DNA of 38,310 nt, taken from IMG/VR virus record IMGVR_UViG_3300043932_000190. One strand, 5' to 3'. Of the stretch, positions 1 to 9,969 are shown piece by piece. How positions within the stretch are numbered: the stretch's first letter is position 1; every line of letters starts with the position of its first letter. The notes beneath the pieces were generated by a model that was not told the DNA's origin, searched no databases, and saw only the letters and a program-made list of their open reading frames with translations. The position numbers and the translations under genes are program-made. The stretch is from a virus.

Positions 1-99
1 TGGCTGAACTTGACCGAAAAATACGGGAAAGCATTGACGGACAAGAAGAACAAGACAGCCGAAGAGAAGATTCAAGAAGCAGCGACCAAGGATACCCTG
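1..99. repeat. Terminal direct repeat, copy 1. Identical to 38212..38310, so it marks the circular-assembly overlap or closure point of a complete phage genome.
   Basis: Bases 1-99 (tggctgaacttgaccgaaaaatacggg...aaggataccctg) recur exactly at 38212-38310. The reading frame of the gene starting at 37897 continues through the junction. Confidence 0.9.
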
Positions 100-126
100 G
101 ACGCAATGAAGAAGAGTCTCTCTTAA
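1..126 (+). CDS. 3' end of the tail assembly chaperone (gpG-like). It continues 37897..38310 across the circular junction.
   Basis: Frame 1 is open from base 1 and stops at taa 124-126 (...DAMKKSLS*). It is in phase with the open frame that runs off the window end from ATG 37897. Confidence 0.75.
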   Translation, partial: WLNLTEKYGKALTDKKNKTAEEKIQEAATKDTLDAMKKSLS

Positions 127-161
127 CCGACTTTGCCCGTCACGGAATCTATGATCCTGAT

Positions 162-431
162 ATGCCATTCCGATTATATTTTTGGGAGGCCCGTTCAATG
201 CTTGAAGGGTCTTTTTTGCGTGATGTCGATATGCGGCGCGACCTGATGGAACTTGCTGTCAACATCGCCAATATTCAGAACGCGAAGAACCCTAAACGGT
301 CAGTCAAGGCTGGCTACAAGAACATTGACAAAGCCGAGCAAAAGATACTCAAACGCAACGGCAATCGAGAAAGAAAGCCTGATGTCGAAATGATTAAGAA
401 ACTCAATGCCGCATTTGGAGGTGGTAGCTAA
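162..431 (+). CDS. gpT-like part of the tail assembly chaperone, probably expressed only as a G-T fusion by -1 frameshifting.
   Basis: This frame is open well upstream of ATG 162 (from at least base 3, and from 38183 in the terminal copy). There is no Shine-Dalgarno sequence before ATG 162. It lies between the gpG-like gene and the tape measure gene. Its stop (taa 429-431) overlaps the TMP ATG (TAATG). Confidence 0.7.
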   Translation: MPFRLYFWEARSMLEGSFLRDVDMRRDLMELAVNIANIQNAKNPKRSVKAGYKNIDKAEQKILKRNGNRERKPDVEMIKKLNAAFGGGS

Positions 432-3346
432 TGGCAAACGTAGTCGCAACATTCACAGCAAACATAGCACCGTTCCAAGCGGCAATGGGGAAGCTTTCGA
501 CAGCCGTAAAAGCTGGCACTGATTCCGCATCAAGTGCCGGTCAGCGTGTTGGGAGTGCCTTAACTAGTATTGGCAAAGCTTCAACTATAGCTGGCCTAGC
601 CGTTGGTGCAATGGCCGCTGGCGCAATCAAAAGTTACGGAACTTTCCAAGAGTCAATCAACAAAGCAGCAGTTATCGCCGGGTCAAGTAACAAATCCTTA
701 AAGGGTGACATGAAGGATCTTGAAGATGAGGCTCTATCACTTGGGAAAACCCTGCCTATCAGCGCCGAAGATGCTGGCAATGCCATGGTTGAAATGGCAC
801 GTAACGGCGCTTCCGTTAGCGATTTGAAAAAAGAATTTCCAGCAATTGCAAAAGCCGCAGCTGTTGCCGGAGCAGATTTGTCAGGAACGGCAACCACTGT
901 TCAGCAAGCAATGAATATTTGGGGAGGCGGTGCTGCAAATGCAGCTAAAGACTCTGCCATTCTTGCCAAAAATGCCAATATGTCTAATGCAGAAGTCGAA
1001 GACATGGGCCAAGCTTTTGCCAACGTTGGATCAACAGCCGCAACATTAGGCATTGGCGTCAAAGACACGTCTACAGCCATCGGACTAATGAGCAATGCCG
1101 GTCTTGGCGCCGCACAAGGGTCACAAGACTTAGCGCACGCCCTGACCTTAATGGCTAAGCCAACAAAGACGGCTAAGTCAGAAATGACCGACTTGGGAAT
1201 CACATACACTGATTCACAAGGGAAATTCAAATCTTTCCCCACAATCCTTAAAGAGGTCGCAAAAGCTACCGAGGGCATGAGCCAATCTCAAAAGATTGCG
1301 GCATTAACCAGCTTATACGGAGCAGCAGGCGCCAAGGCAATGTTACCGTTGCTGGTCCAAACGGAGAAGAAGACATCAAGCGGTAAGTCTGGATGGGATG
1401 CATATTCCGATTCTCTAGGAAAGGTAAGCAGTAGCGCTAAATCTGCTAATAAGTTTTTAACCGACAATTCTAGCAATATGACGAAGAACGTTGGTCAGTC
1501 ACTAGATCAGATGAAAGATGATTTTGATGCTCTTATCAAAACGTCAATTCAAAGCATTGCACCCCAAATTCAAGCTGTTGCGAATGCCCTAGGCAACTTT
1601 GCACAGTGGCTTCAAAATTCAAAGTCTCCATTGGCTTCATTCACGAAGAATCTAATTGCATGGTCTCCTGTTATTGCCGCTGTTCTGGTGGTTGTGGGTC
1701 TCTTGACAAGTGGAATTGGGAAAATGATTACTAGTTTCAAGTCGATTGTTGGAGCTGCAAAAGCAATAGGTGGGGGGATGAAAGCAATTTGGGGAGTAAT
1801 GGCGGCTAATCCTATTGTTGCTCTAATCGTGGTAATTGCCGCATTGGTTGCTGGCCTTGTGTATTTTTTCACCAAAACAAAAACAGGCCAAAAGATCTGG
1901 TCTGAGTTTGTTTCTGGCCTAAAGAGCATGTGGAGTGGGCTTGCATCGTTCTTTAGCGGTCTCTGGAGCGGTATAACTAAAACCTTCAGTAATGCTGCTA
2001 AGGGAGTCCAAAATGGATGGAATGCCGTCACCACATTTTTTAGCAACCTATGGAGTGGGATTGTTAATGGCACCACAAGCGCATGGAATGGGTTAACATC
2101 GTTTCTCTCTGGGACATGGAGTGGAATTGTCAATATTGCGACAAGCGTTTGGGGCGGAATCAGCTCATTCTTCTCGGGACTATGGCAAGGGATTGTGTCC
2201 GTGGCAACTGGTATTTGGAACACTTTTGGCCCGGCCTTGACTTCGATTTGGACGGGTATCGTCAATGTTGCGGAAGGCGTTTGGAATCTTCTCAAGTCTG
2301 TAATTATGGGCCCAGTTTTAATCGTTTTGGACTTTTTGACTGGTAGTTGGACACAGCTGGGGGCGGATCTTCAGCTTATCTGGACGAACATTGTTACGGC
2401 AGCCAGCCAAATTTGGACGGGACTTGTCACATACTTCTCTGGAGTATGGAATTTGATTACAACGTATGCCCAAACAGCATGGAATCTATTCACATCTGTT
2501 ATCGAAGCGGTATGGAATGGTATTGTTTCCGGGGCTTCTGCAATCTGGAATGCCCTTGGATCATTCTTCAGCGGGTTGTGGAACGGCATTGTCTCTACTG
2601 CTGAGTCTATTTGGAACAGCATCGTTTCATTTCTATCCGGTTTGTGGAATGGAACGGTAAGCACAGCTAAAAATATTTGGAATGCTTTACCGGGGTTCTT
2701 TTCGGGCTTATGGAAGGGCATCACCTCGTTTTTCTCGTCAGCATGGAACAACATCAAGTCAACCGTAATAACCGCTGCTACTAACATTGTCAATGGGGCC
2801 AGAAACATTTGGAATGGGTTTACTAATATCGTCTCAAATGTCGTCAATGGTATAAAAAATGGATTTAATGCATTAATGCACTTCAATTTGCTCGATGCTG
2901 GACGTGCTATCATGGACAGCTTCTTCAGTGGGTTAAAGGCTGCATGGAGTAAGGTTCAAGACTTTGTTGGTGGTATTGCTTCTTGGATTCGTCAACACAA
3001 GGGCCCAATTAGCTATGATGCTAAACTTTTGATCCCTGCTGGTAATGCCATCATGGGTGGCTTGAATCAAGGCCTGCAAAAGTCATTCGGAGCTGTTCAA
3101 AAGACGGTTTCCAGCATGGCAAGCGATCTTTCTGACAACATGTCAGCTAATATCAGTAACTTGTCCATGGCTGGCACGCAGTTCAGCTCGGGTGATGTCA
3201 CGCAGTCAATTGATGCAAGTGAACGAATCACGCCAAACATTTATGTTCAAAACAACGTTGATAAGAACGGCATTAACAGCATGGTCAAGGAAGCTGACGC
3301 CAATGACGCAGCCGTGGGCAGCTACTTCCGGCCGATTGGAGGGTAG
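431..3346 (+). CDS. Tail tape measure protein
   Basis: 971-aa ORF directly after the chaperone pair. It has an Ala/Gly-rich helical N-terminus, hydrophobic segments, and a long run of 11-residue-periodic Trp/Phe repeats (FFSGLWSGI.., SGTWSGIVN.., SGLWNGIVS..). Confidence 0.9.
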   Translation: MANVVATFTANIAPFQAAMGKLSTAVKAGTDSASSAGQRVGSALTSIGKASTIAGLAVGAMAAGAIKSYGTFQESINKAAVIAGSSNKSLKGDMKDLEDEALSLGKTLPISAEDAGNAMVEMARNGASVSDLKKEFPAIAKAAAVAGADLSGTATTVQQAMNIWGGGAANAAKDSAILAKNANMSNAEVEDMGQAFANVGSTAATLGIGVKDTSTAIGLMSNAGLGAAQGSQDLAHALTLMAKPTKTAKSEMTDLGITYTDSQGKFKSFPTILKEVAKATEGMSQSQKIAALTSLYGAAGAKAMLPLLVQTEKKTSSGKSGWDAYSDSLGKVSSSAKSANKFLTDNSSNMTKNVGQSLDQMKDDFDALIKTSIQSIAPQIQAVANALGNFAQWLQNSKSPLASFTKNLIAWSPVIAAVLVVVGLLTSGIGKMITSFKSIVGAAKAIGGGMKAIWGVMAANPIVALIVVIAALVAGLVYFFTKTKTGQKIWSEFVSGLKSMWSGLASFFSGLWSGITKTFSNAAKGVQNGWNAVTTFFSNLWSGIVNGTTSAWNGLTSFLSGTWSGIVNIATSVWGGISSFFSGLWQGIVSVATGIWNTFGPALTSIWTGIVNVAEGVWNLLKSVIMGPVLIVLDFLTGSWTQLGADLQLIWTNIVTAASQIWTGLVTYFSGVWNLITTYAQTAWNLFTSVIEAVWNGIVSGASAIWNALGSFFSGLWNGIVSTAESIWNSIVSFLSGLWNGTVSTAKNIWNALPGFFSGLWKGITSFFSSAWNNIKSTVITAATNIVNGARNIWNGFTNIVSNVVNGIKNGFNALMHFNLLDAGRAIMDSFFSGLKAAWSKVQDFVGGIASWIRQHKGPISYDAKLLIPAGNAIMGGLNQGLQKSFGAVQKTVSSMASDLSDNMSANISNLSMAGTQFSSGDVTQSIDASERITPNIYVQNNVDKNGINSMVKEADANDAAVGSYFRPIGG

Positions 3347-3349
3347 TAT

Positions 3350-4168
3350 ATGGATCTATTAGTTGAAAAACTTGATGGTAGCCGATACTACCTGAGTCAG
3401 TACAAGGTGCTGATAACTGATTTCGAGGAATCAGCACCATCTGTCACTCGAAACAGCACGCAGCTCGATCAGCGTAACGGCAACATCGACTTTGGCGGCT
3501 GGCATACCGATAAAACGATCAATATTACCGGTTACTACCGTGCTAACGACATGGACGAAGAAGAAACGCTTCGTGAAAAGCTGTATGCGCTGCTTTCTGA
3601 TCCTGACGGGTATTACATCACTCAACTTAAAACAACGCCCAACGTGGCCATGGAACGGCCCGGCCAGACGTCTGGAGGTTACTACGACAAGCTGAGCGAC
3701 TATCCGTCACACAAGCGGTTCCTCGTCTATACCGAAGCGCCTGAGATGGAGCTGGTTGGTAACGTTAACGGTACATTACTGTACAAAATGACAGCTGAGT
3801 TCAAAACGATGAAGCTGCCGTATGGTGAAACACCGCCTAATGATATTGATGTTGTCAGCAATGTCCCATACCGAGGGACTGTTCCATGCAATCAACTCGA
3901 GCAAGGATTCACTGTTCAGTTAACTGCAACCGGTTCGGCATCTTCGTTGTCGTTCAAGATCGATGATACTGAACTTACTTCTAGCAACGCTGTTGTCGCT
4001 GGCGATGTAATTTTGCTGAATGGATTTAGTTACACACAGAATGGGCTGAGCATCGTCAGCAAGACGAACAAGGCCTATTTTATTTTGCAACCGGATAAAC
4101 CGAATAAAATCACTTGCAATGTTTCCGGATCCGTCAAGATCCTTGGTTTCCAAAATCTATACGCATAG
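3350..4168 (+). CDS. Distal tail protein (Dit-like)
   Basis: 272 aa, RBS ggaggg 6 nt upstream. It occupies the conserved position immediately after the TMP in siphoviruses. Confidence 0.65.
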   Translation: MDLLVEKLDGSRYYLSQYKVLITDFEESAPSVTRNSTQLDQRNGNIDFGGWHTDKTINITGYYRANDMDEEETLREKLYALLSDPDGYYITQLKTTPNVAMERPGQTSGGYYDKLSDYPSHKRFLVYTEAPEMELVGNVNGTLLYKMTAEFKTMKLPYGETPPNDIDVVSNVPYRGTVPCNQLEQGFTVQLTATGSASSLSFKIDDTELTSSNAVVAGDVILLNGFSYTQNGLSIVSKTNKAYFILQPDKPNKITCNVSGSVKILGFQNLYA

Positions 4169-4180
4169 GAGGCGTGATTA

Positions 4181-6277
4181 TTGATTACATTCATAGATGT
4201 TGAGAATAATGAATATCAAGCCCAGTGCGAGATTGAAAAAACCGATGCGGTGAATGGCGAGAAGTCATTATCTGGGACAATCTATTTTGGCCAAGATGTT
4301 AAGGCAAACATTGCCAAAGGGTGGACACTATCGTTTCTTGATGAAGACTACGTTGTTGTCACATACACGAAGAATGACAAAGAGAACACGGTGGCATTCA
4401 GTGCTGTGCAGGCATTCTTCTACAAGATGAGCAAGACAGGCTTTTACGAAACATGGAATGGATCGCACCCGTTTGCAACTTATCTTGACGCTTTGTTTGC
4501 TGGCACGGGCTATACGTATGACAATACGGCCTCGGTTGCGGCCTTTGAAAAGCAAGACTGGGGCATGAGTGACCGTCTGTCGCTATTCAACGACATCATC
4601 GATCAAGCAAACGTTGAATTCTCTATTGAAGGCACAGTGGTTCATGTTGTCCCAGCAATGGGATCTGATCTATCTACCATCGTTCGCAAAAAGTTCAATC
4701 TTGATACTGCCGAAATACAGACCGATAATACTAGCTTTGCCACTTACGGCCGCGGATATGGCGCCTATAGTAATCCTGATGACACCACAAGCCCGCGCCT
4801 AGAAGTTGAGTACAAATCACCGCTGTATGATTACTATTATCCGAAGTTTGGCGCAATTGAATCAGTTCCGGTTGCTGATGAGCGGTACACGATTGCTGAC
4901 AACTTGCTAACCGCCGTGAAAGAGAAAGTTGACAAGAGTTGGGCTATCTCGCTTACCCTTAATCTTGTTGACTTGCAATCTGTCGGCTACAAATACGCGA
5001 TGGCAAACCCCGGCGACTATATCACGGTGATTGATGAGAACCTTAACTTCAGTGACAAGGTTCGGATCATTAAAGTAACCAGTGATTACGATATCCGCGG
5101 CACACGAACCAAAACGGAGGTCGAATGCGGTAGCCTATCGTTTGCCGAACAGCAGAAGACATCACAGTCAACGCTATCAAATGTGGCCGCTGGCAAGATT
5201 CCAATGCCTAATGAATGGCTAACATCACAGGTGCAGTTAGCCACCAATAGTCTTCTCGCGGCACGAACACAACTGAGCTTCACTGACCAAGGAATCATCG
5301 CTGTTGACAAGACCGACGCTAATAAAGTTGTGATTCTCAACAGTGCTGGCGTTGGTGTATCAACAGATGGAGGCCAAACGTTCAAGAGCGCGATCACCGC
5401 TGATGGTGTGGTTGCTGAGCGAATTATCGGCAACCTCATCTCTGGGGTGGCTTTTAGAACTGCAAGCGGTAACTACACCATTACGCTAACAAACGGTGAT
5501 ATTCTTTTGAGCGATACTTCAGGTGATATCGGAGTGCTTGGAGCGGCATATGATTTGAACACTAAGCAGACAATTGGCACTGCTCTTAACACATATCAGG
5601 GCAGTTCGATTGGCATCGGCATATCCGACCCATCGCAAACCACGTCAGACGGAACGATCCCTTATAAGTCAGTATTTATGATTCCAAAAGAAGCTACTTA
5701 TTCCGATCCACAGTACTATCTGTACGGGCATCTGATGAATACGCTTGCTAGTAACCAGGCCAGTGCATTCTGGATACAGCACCCGTCTCAGGTGATCATC
5801 AGTGGCAACAATGGGGCAGGCAATCAGCTAAACGTATACGGCACTCATGTCGATGTTCTGGGCGACTTCAACGTCTACAATGGTTCCAAAAATGCTGTGC
5901 AGGTTACCCGTGACGGTCTTCGTGCTACGCCTGCCTATGAGCTTGCCGAGAACTATGTTGGTGACATTGGCGAAGCCAAAACTGGAGACGACAAAACGGT
6001 GCGAGTGGACATTGATCCGCTCGTTTTTGATTTGATTAACACGGATAAGCCTTATCAAGTGTTCTTGACAGCATACAGTGATGCGCATTTCTGGGTTTCC
6101 GAGCGGGGCAAGGACTACTTCATTGTTTCGTCAGACAGCCCCAATTCAGCATTTGGCTGGGAACTGAAGGGCAAGCGCCGAGGATTTGAGGATCAGCGCC
6201 TCGTTGATACGAAAGACACTTACGAAGATTTGGAAAAAATGGAGGGAATTATACCCAATGACAATCAGAACGTATAA
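4181..6277 (+). CDS. Tail-associated protein (Tal / prophage tail endopeptidase-like)
   Basis: 698 aa, TTG start with aggagg 8 nt upstream. Position after Dit and the size are typical of Tal. Confidence 0.6.
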   Translation: MITFIDVENNEYQAQCEIEKTDAVNGEKSLSGTIYFGQDVKANIAKGWTLSFLDEDYVVVTYTKNDKENTVAFSAVQAFFYKMSKTGFYETWNGSHPFATYLDALFAGTGYTYDNTASVAAFEKQDWGMSDRLSLFNDIIDQANVEFSIEGTVVHVVPAMGSDLSTIVRKKFNLDTAEIQTDNTSFATYGRGYGAYSNPDDTTSPRLEVEYKSPLYDYYYPKFGAIESVPVADERYTIADNLLTAVKEKVDKSWAISLTLNLVDLQSVGYKYAMANPGDYITVIDENLNFSDKVRIIKVTSDYDIRGTRTKTEVECGSLSFAEQQKTSQSTLSNVAAGKIPMPNEWLTSQVQLATNSLLAARTQLSFTDQGIIAVDKTDANKVVILNSAGVGVSTDGGQTFKSAITADGVVAERIIGNLISGVAFRTASGNYTITLTNGDILLSDTSGDIGVLGAAYDLNTKQTIGTALNTYQGSSIGIGISDPSQTTSDGTIPYKSVFMIPKEATYSDPQYYLYGHLMNTLASNQASAFWIQHPSQVIISGNNGAGNQLNVYGTHVDVLGDFNVYNGSKNAVQVTRDGLRATPAYELAENYVGDIGEAKTGDDKTVRVDIDPLVFDLINTDKPYQVFLTAYSDAHFWVSERGKDYFIVSSDSPNSAFGWELKGKRRGFEDQRLVDTKDTYEDLEKMEGIIPNDNQNV

Positions 6278-7955
6278 AGTAACGCTCGACACAAAAAACT
6301 CTATCGCACCAGAGCCTGTATTTCTGCGTCAGGGAGACAAAACAGGTGCCGTGGTGATTGATGCCACGCTGATGGACAATGGTGCTCCCGTTTCGCTTAG
6401 CGGCCTTACGCCAATGTTCAAAGCCAACACGGCTGATGGCCAAGCAGTCATCGTTGACGGCACCGGGTTCAATATTGTTGATGCTTCTGGTGGTGAATTC
6501 ACCTATCAGGTTCCAAACGCACTGTCTGCCGTCCCGGGAAAAATCAAAGTAGCCTATTTTAGCTTATCTGATTCGTCCGGTAGCGAATCCACGTTCGATG
6601 TTGCTTTTATCATTGAAAAAGCGGTAGACATCACACAGGCACAAGCGAATGATTACATCACCATTATTGATGGCACGATCAACTCGTTACAGGCACAAGT
6701 TGATAATCTCACCACAGACATCCAAACCATCATAGATAATTACAAGGCCGGCAACTTCTACACTCAAGCCGAAACGGATAGCAAAGATGCTGCCACTTTG
6801 GCCGGCGCGAAGTCATATTCGGATGGTAATTTTACTAAGGCCAAAGAATACACAGACGATGCTAATGATTTTGTCCTTGGTGACGGGATGCATTTTGTTG
6901 CTCATCGCGGCAACAACGCCCAGTATCCGGAGAACTCTTTGGCTGCATTCCGCAACGTCACCCGCCATTGGGGGATCGAGACCGATGTCCAAACGACCAG
7001 CGACGGTCGCTGGGTGATTATGCACGACGACACAGTGGACCGCACCACAAACGGCACCGGCAGAGTCGATTCGTTCACGTTTGATAACATTCGGAAGCTA
7101 CGAATGGATACTGGCAATGGTATTGGCCTCGTATCAGACGGTGATAAGGTGATCCCATCCGTAGAAGAATATCTATCTATCTGTAGATCGATTCATAAAA
7201 CTCCGTTTATGGAGATCAAAGTGCCTAGCGGTAAAACATATACTTCTAATGATTATGATGTGCTTGCCCAAGCCATTAAAAATTACGGCATGGAAAAAAA
7301 CATGGTGGTCATTTCGTTTGATTTTTCGGCATTGCAGGCAATCAAATTGCGGTTGCCATTGATTAATGTGAGCTATCTGGTTAATGCCTATTCGGACGAT
7401 TTGGTCGACCAGATTAAGCAATTAGGACCAAATGCGGGCATTGACACGGGCAGTGCTAATACTGTGACACAGGCCAACGTCAGCTATGCTCATCAGCAGG
7501 GCTTGAAGCTGGGTGTATGGACGACTGAGGACGACAGCCTGAGGGATACATTTGTCGCGAACGGTGTGGACTACGTGACAACGAACAGCCTATCTGGCGA
7601 TTTGAGATACGCTAATCTATCTCTTGACAGTGGCACTGGCTGGAAAGATAACAGCACGGATGCCGGCGTCGAGCCGGCCCACGTGGAAGAAATAGCCGGA
7701 GGACGAGTGCGGATATTCGCAAACATAAAAAATGCAACATACGTCGATACCGGAAAAAAGATCGCGCAACTGCCAAATTGGGCAATTCCTTCGCACGATG
7801 TTTGGTTAACAGTTTTGGCACGGACTTCCACTGGTGTCCAGTCTTCCACGGCTAATATTATTGGTATGGGTGGAGGCAGTAGTGCAGGCGCATTAAACAA
7901 TGGTTTGAACATGACCTTGACCTGGAACCAGATCGACACAATTTACTCAATTTAA
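6258..7955 (+). CDS. Baseplate/tail fibre protein with a BppU-like N-terminus, a coiled coil, and an internal glycerophosphodiester phosphodiesterase (GDPD) domain.
   Basis: Start refined to ATG 6258 (MTIRTYKVTLD..). The GDPD signature HFVAHRGNNAQYPENSLAAF...ETDVQTTSDGRWVIMHDDTVDRTTNGTG lies at about 6888-7600. The C-terminal domain is unassigned. Confidence 0.75.
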   Translation: MTIRTYKVTLDTKNSIAPEPVFLRQGDKTGAVVIDATLMDNGAPVSLSGLTPMFKANTADGQAVIVDGTGFNIVDASGGEFTYQVPNALSAVPGKIKVAYFSLSDSSGSESTFDVAFIIEKAVDITQAQANDYITIIDGTINSLQAQVDNLTTDIQTIIDNYKAGNFYTQAETDSKDAATLAGAKSYSDGNFTKAKEYTDDANDFVLGDGMHFVAHRGNNAQYPENSLAAFRNVTRHWGIETDVQTTSDGRWVIMHDDTVDRTTNGTGRVDSFTFDNIRKLRMDTGNGIGLVSDGDKVIPSVEEYLSICRSIHKTPFMEIKVPSGKTYTSNDYDVLAQAIKNYGMEKNMVVISFDFSALQAIKLRLPLINVSYLVNAYSDDLVDQIKQLGPNAGIDTGSANTVTQANVSYAHQQGLKLGVWTTEDDSLRDTFVANGVDYVTTNSLSGDLRYANLSLDSGTGWKDNSTDAGVEPAHVEEIAGGRVRIFANIKNATYVDTGKKIAQLPNWAIPSHDVWLTVLARTSTGVQSSTANIIGMGGGSSAGALNNGLNMTLTWNQIDTIYSI

Positions 7956-7984
7956 AACTCTGATGGTCAAGGAGGTGATGGAGC

Positions 7985-8365
7985 ATGCTAAACAAAATCA
8001 GAGATCATCCGACACACACAGCACTCGCCATTGGCATGGTTGCCATTGGCTTGTTCCTGATTATTAATGACCATTATTTCATCTGGCCCCCACATTACTC
8101 TGACTGGTTAAACGATGACATTGTGGGGTTTTTGTTTGTCATTGATGGTCTCGGGCTTTGGGGGTGGGTGCTATGGGAAATACAGTCAGCGGTAACCAAT
8201 CGTCTGTTGCTTACGACTACCAGCTTTTTAATGTCGTTCTTGACAATACTGCAATTCCTGACCTCGATCTCAACTGGAATCTACTCAAATTGGATCAGCA
8301 ATGCGATCATAACAGCCTTCGTGCTGATTTTAGCGCGAAGGAGCGATACAAGAGATGATCGATAA
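7985..8365 (+). CDS. Membrane protein with about 4 TM segments, in the lysis-cassette region (holin-like or unknown).
   Basis: 126 aa, strong RBS aaggaggtg, four hydrophobic helices. Confidence 0.6.
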   Translation: MLNKIRDHPTHTALAIGMVAIGLFLIINDHYFIWPPHYSDWLNDDIVGFLFVIDGLGLWGWVLWEIQSAVTNRLLLTTTSFLMSFLTILQFLTSISTGIYSNWISNAIITAFVLILARRSDTRDDR

Positions 8366-8588
8366 ATACCTCGTGACATACGCGCCTTATATCGCAGGTA
8401 TTATATCTGCGATGGTTGCCTATCTAAGCCTTCGAGAGAGTCAACGCAAAACCAAGCATGATGAGGCTATGGATTTGCTGGACAGGGTGAATAAAGACAA
8501 CGATAGGCTCCGCGAAGAAAATGAAGAACTGAAAAAGAAAAACTTACAGTTAACAAGAGAACTGGAGGAATTAAGATATGCAAAATGA
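8355..8588 (+). CDS. Small membrane-anchored coiled-coil protein in the lysis cassette
   Basis: 77 aa with one N-terminal TM (YIAGIISAMVAYLSL) followed by a charged coiled coil. It overlaps both neighbouring genes. Confidence 0.55.
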   Translation: MIDKYLVTYAPYIAGIISAMVAYLSLRESQRKTKHDEAMDLLDRVNKDNDRLREENEELKKKNLQLTRELEELRYAK

Positions 8589-8850
8589 ACTACTTCAGGT
8601 ACTAGCAATTGCGGTTGTCATCGCACCGATCTCCACTGGTTTCACCGAAATCTACAAACGATATACACCTGCAGAGGGCAAACTGCTACCTGTTCTATCA
8701 ATTGTAACGGGCATTTTACTGGCCTGCGTTTGGGCGCTGGCTTTTGACCATCTTTCCTTAATCGGTGCTTATGCGCTGGCAGGACTGCTGTCAGGACTTG
8801 CGTCCGTTGGTGTTTATCAAATTGTTAAACCAAACGAGGAGGTAAAATAG
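8578..8850 (+). CDS. Holin
   Basis: 90 aa with 2-3 TM helices and a charged C-terminus, immediately upstream of the endolysin. RBS ggagga. Confidence 0.7.
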   Translation: MQNELLQVLAIAVVIAPISTGFTEIYKRYTPAEGKLLPVLSIVTGILLACVWALAFDHLSLIGAYALAGLLSGLASVGVYQIVKPNEEVK

Positions 8851-8851
8851 T

Positions 8852-9904
8852 ATGAGTTATAGCATCAATAAAGAATTTGCTTTGGGTGCAAATGAAGGCT
8901 CATCGCAAGTAGCTAATCGGCTTTACATTATCCTACATGATGTTGGTGCGGAATCTGGCGCGCGTGCAAATGCCGCTTACTTCAAAAACAATATTGCTGC
9001 TGAAGTTGCTTATACGGCATTTGTTGTTGGTGATGGCGGTCAGGTTTATCAGGTCGGCGAACCTGGTTATGTACAGTGGGGCGCAGGAACAGTGGCAAAT
9101 GCCAATAGCCCAGTCCAAATTGAATTAGCTCACACGAGTGATCCCGAGACCTTCAAGAAAGATTATGCCGTCTATATCGAGCTTGCACGTGATATGGCTG
9201 CTAAATATGGCATTCCGACTAGTTTGGACACTGGCGGTGCTGGAACGCCGGGCATCAAGTCTCATTTGTGGGTAACGCAGCATATTTGGGGTGATCACAC
9301 TGACCCTTATGGTTATCTAGCTCGATGGGGCATTACAAAGGAAAAACTAGCGGCCGACCTTGCTAATGGAACAACAACCGTAGATGCATCTACGAGCGCA
9401 CCAGCAGCACAAACGGCGCGTCCGCAAGCAGCTGTATCTCGTAAGGTCAATGTGACTTACGGCTTGCACTTGCTCGGTGGCGGTTGGCTTGATGAAGTCA
9501 CTAATTTTGGCTCTGGTGACAATGGATTTGCGGGATTGCCTAATCACCAACACGATCTGCTCTACATTCGCGTTGATCATGGTAGCGTTAAGTATCGAGT
9601 TCACACGGTTAAGAGTGGTTGGCTGCCTTGGGTAACCAAAGGTGATCGCAATGACACGGTCAACGGTTGCGCCGGTATTGCTGGTGAAGCGATTGATGGA
9701 GTCCAGATTGTGTTTCTCACCCCCGCCGGTGAGCCATACCAGCAAGCGTATTACCGCAGTCAGACGACACAACGGGCTGGCTGGCTCAACGTTGTGTGTG
9801 ATGATGGCACGAGTTTACCACAGTACACAGACACATACGCCGGCATGTTTGGAGAACCGCTTGATCGTTTGCAAATCGGTATTATTTCGATCAGTCCATT
9901 TTAA
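8852..9904 (+). CDS. Endolysin: N-acetylmuramoyl-L-alanine amidase (Amidase_2/PGRP-like) with three C-terminal GW-containing wall-binding repeats.
   Basis: The N-terminal region (YIILHDVG...ELAHTS...HLWVTQHIWGDHTDP) looks amidase_2-like. The C-terminus holds three repeats of about 45 aa with a conserved GWL core. RBS gaggaggt. Confidence 0.8.
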   Translation: MSYSINKEFALGANEGSSQVANRLYIILHDVGAESGARANAAYFKNNIAAEVAYTAFVVGDGGQVYQVGEPGYVQWGAGTVANANSPVQIELAHTSDPETFKKDYAVYIELARDMAAKYGIPTSLDTGGAGTPGIKSHLWVTQHIWGDHTDPYGYLARWGITKEKLAADLANGTTTVDASTSAPAAQTARPQAAVSRKVNVTYGLHLLGGGWLDEVTNFGSGDNGFAGLPNHQHDLLYIRVDHGSVKYRVHTVKSGWLPWVTKGDRNDTVNGCAGIAGEAIDGVQIVFLTPAGEPYQQAYYRSQTTQRAGWLNVVCDDGTSLPQYTDTYAGMFGEPLDRLQIGIISISPF

Positions 9905-9919
9905 GTACATTACAAAAAA

Positions 9920-9954
9920 GGCCCTGGGGAGTGATCCCTGGGGCCTGTTTTTTT
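9920..9954 (+). terminator. Rho-independent terminator after the lysis module. An upstream A-run may make it bidirectional.
   Basis: 11-bp stem ggccctgggga/tccctggggcc (two G-U pairs), loop gtga, followed by tgttttttt. Confidence 0.85.
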
Positions 9955-9969
9955 GTGACCAGTCGTTTT

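Noticed and set aside
634-2913. Several long antisense and alternative-frame ORFs inside the tape measure gene (for example 634-897 on -, 901-1278 on -, 1612-2295 on -, 2371-2913 on -, 2083-2604 on +).
   Set aside because: They lie wholly inside a clearly coding, repeat-rich gene and have no RBS. Their low-complexity translations mirror the TMP repeats, so they are by-products of the periodic codon pattern.
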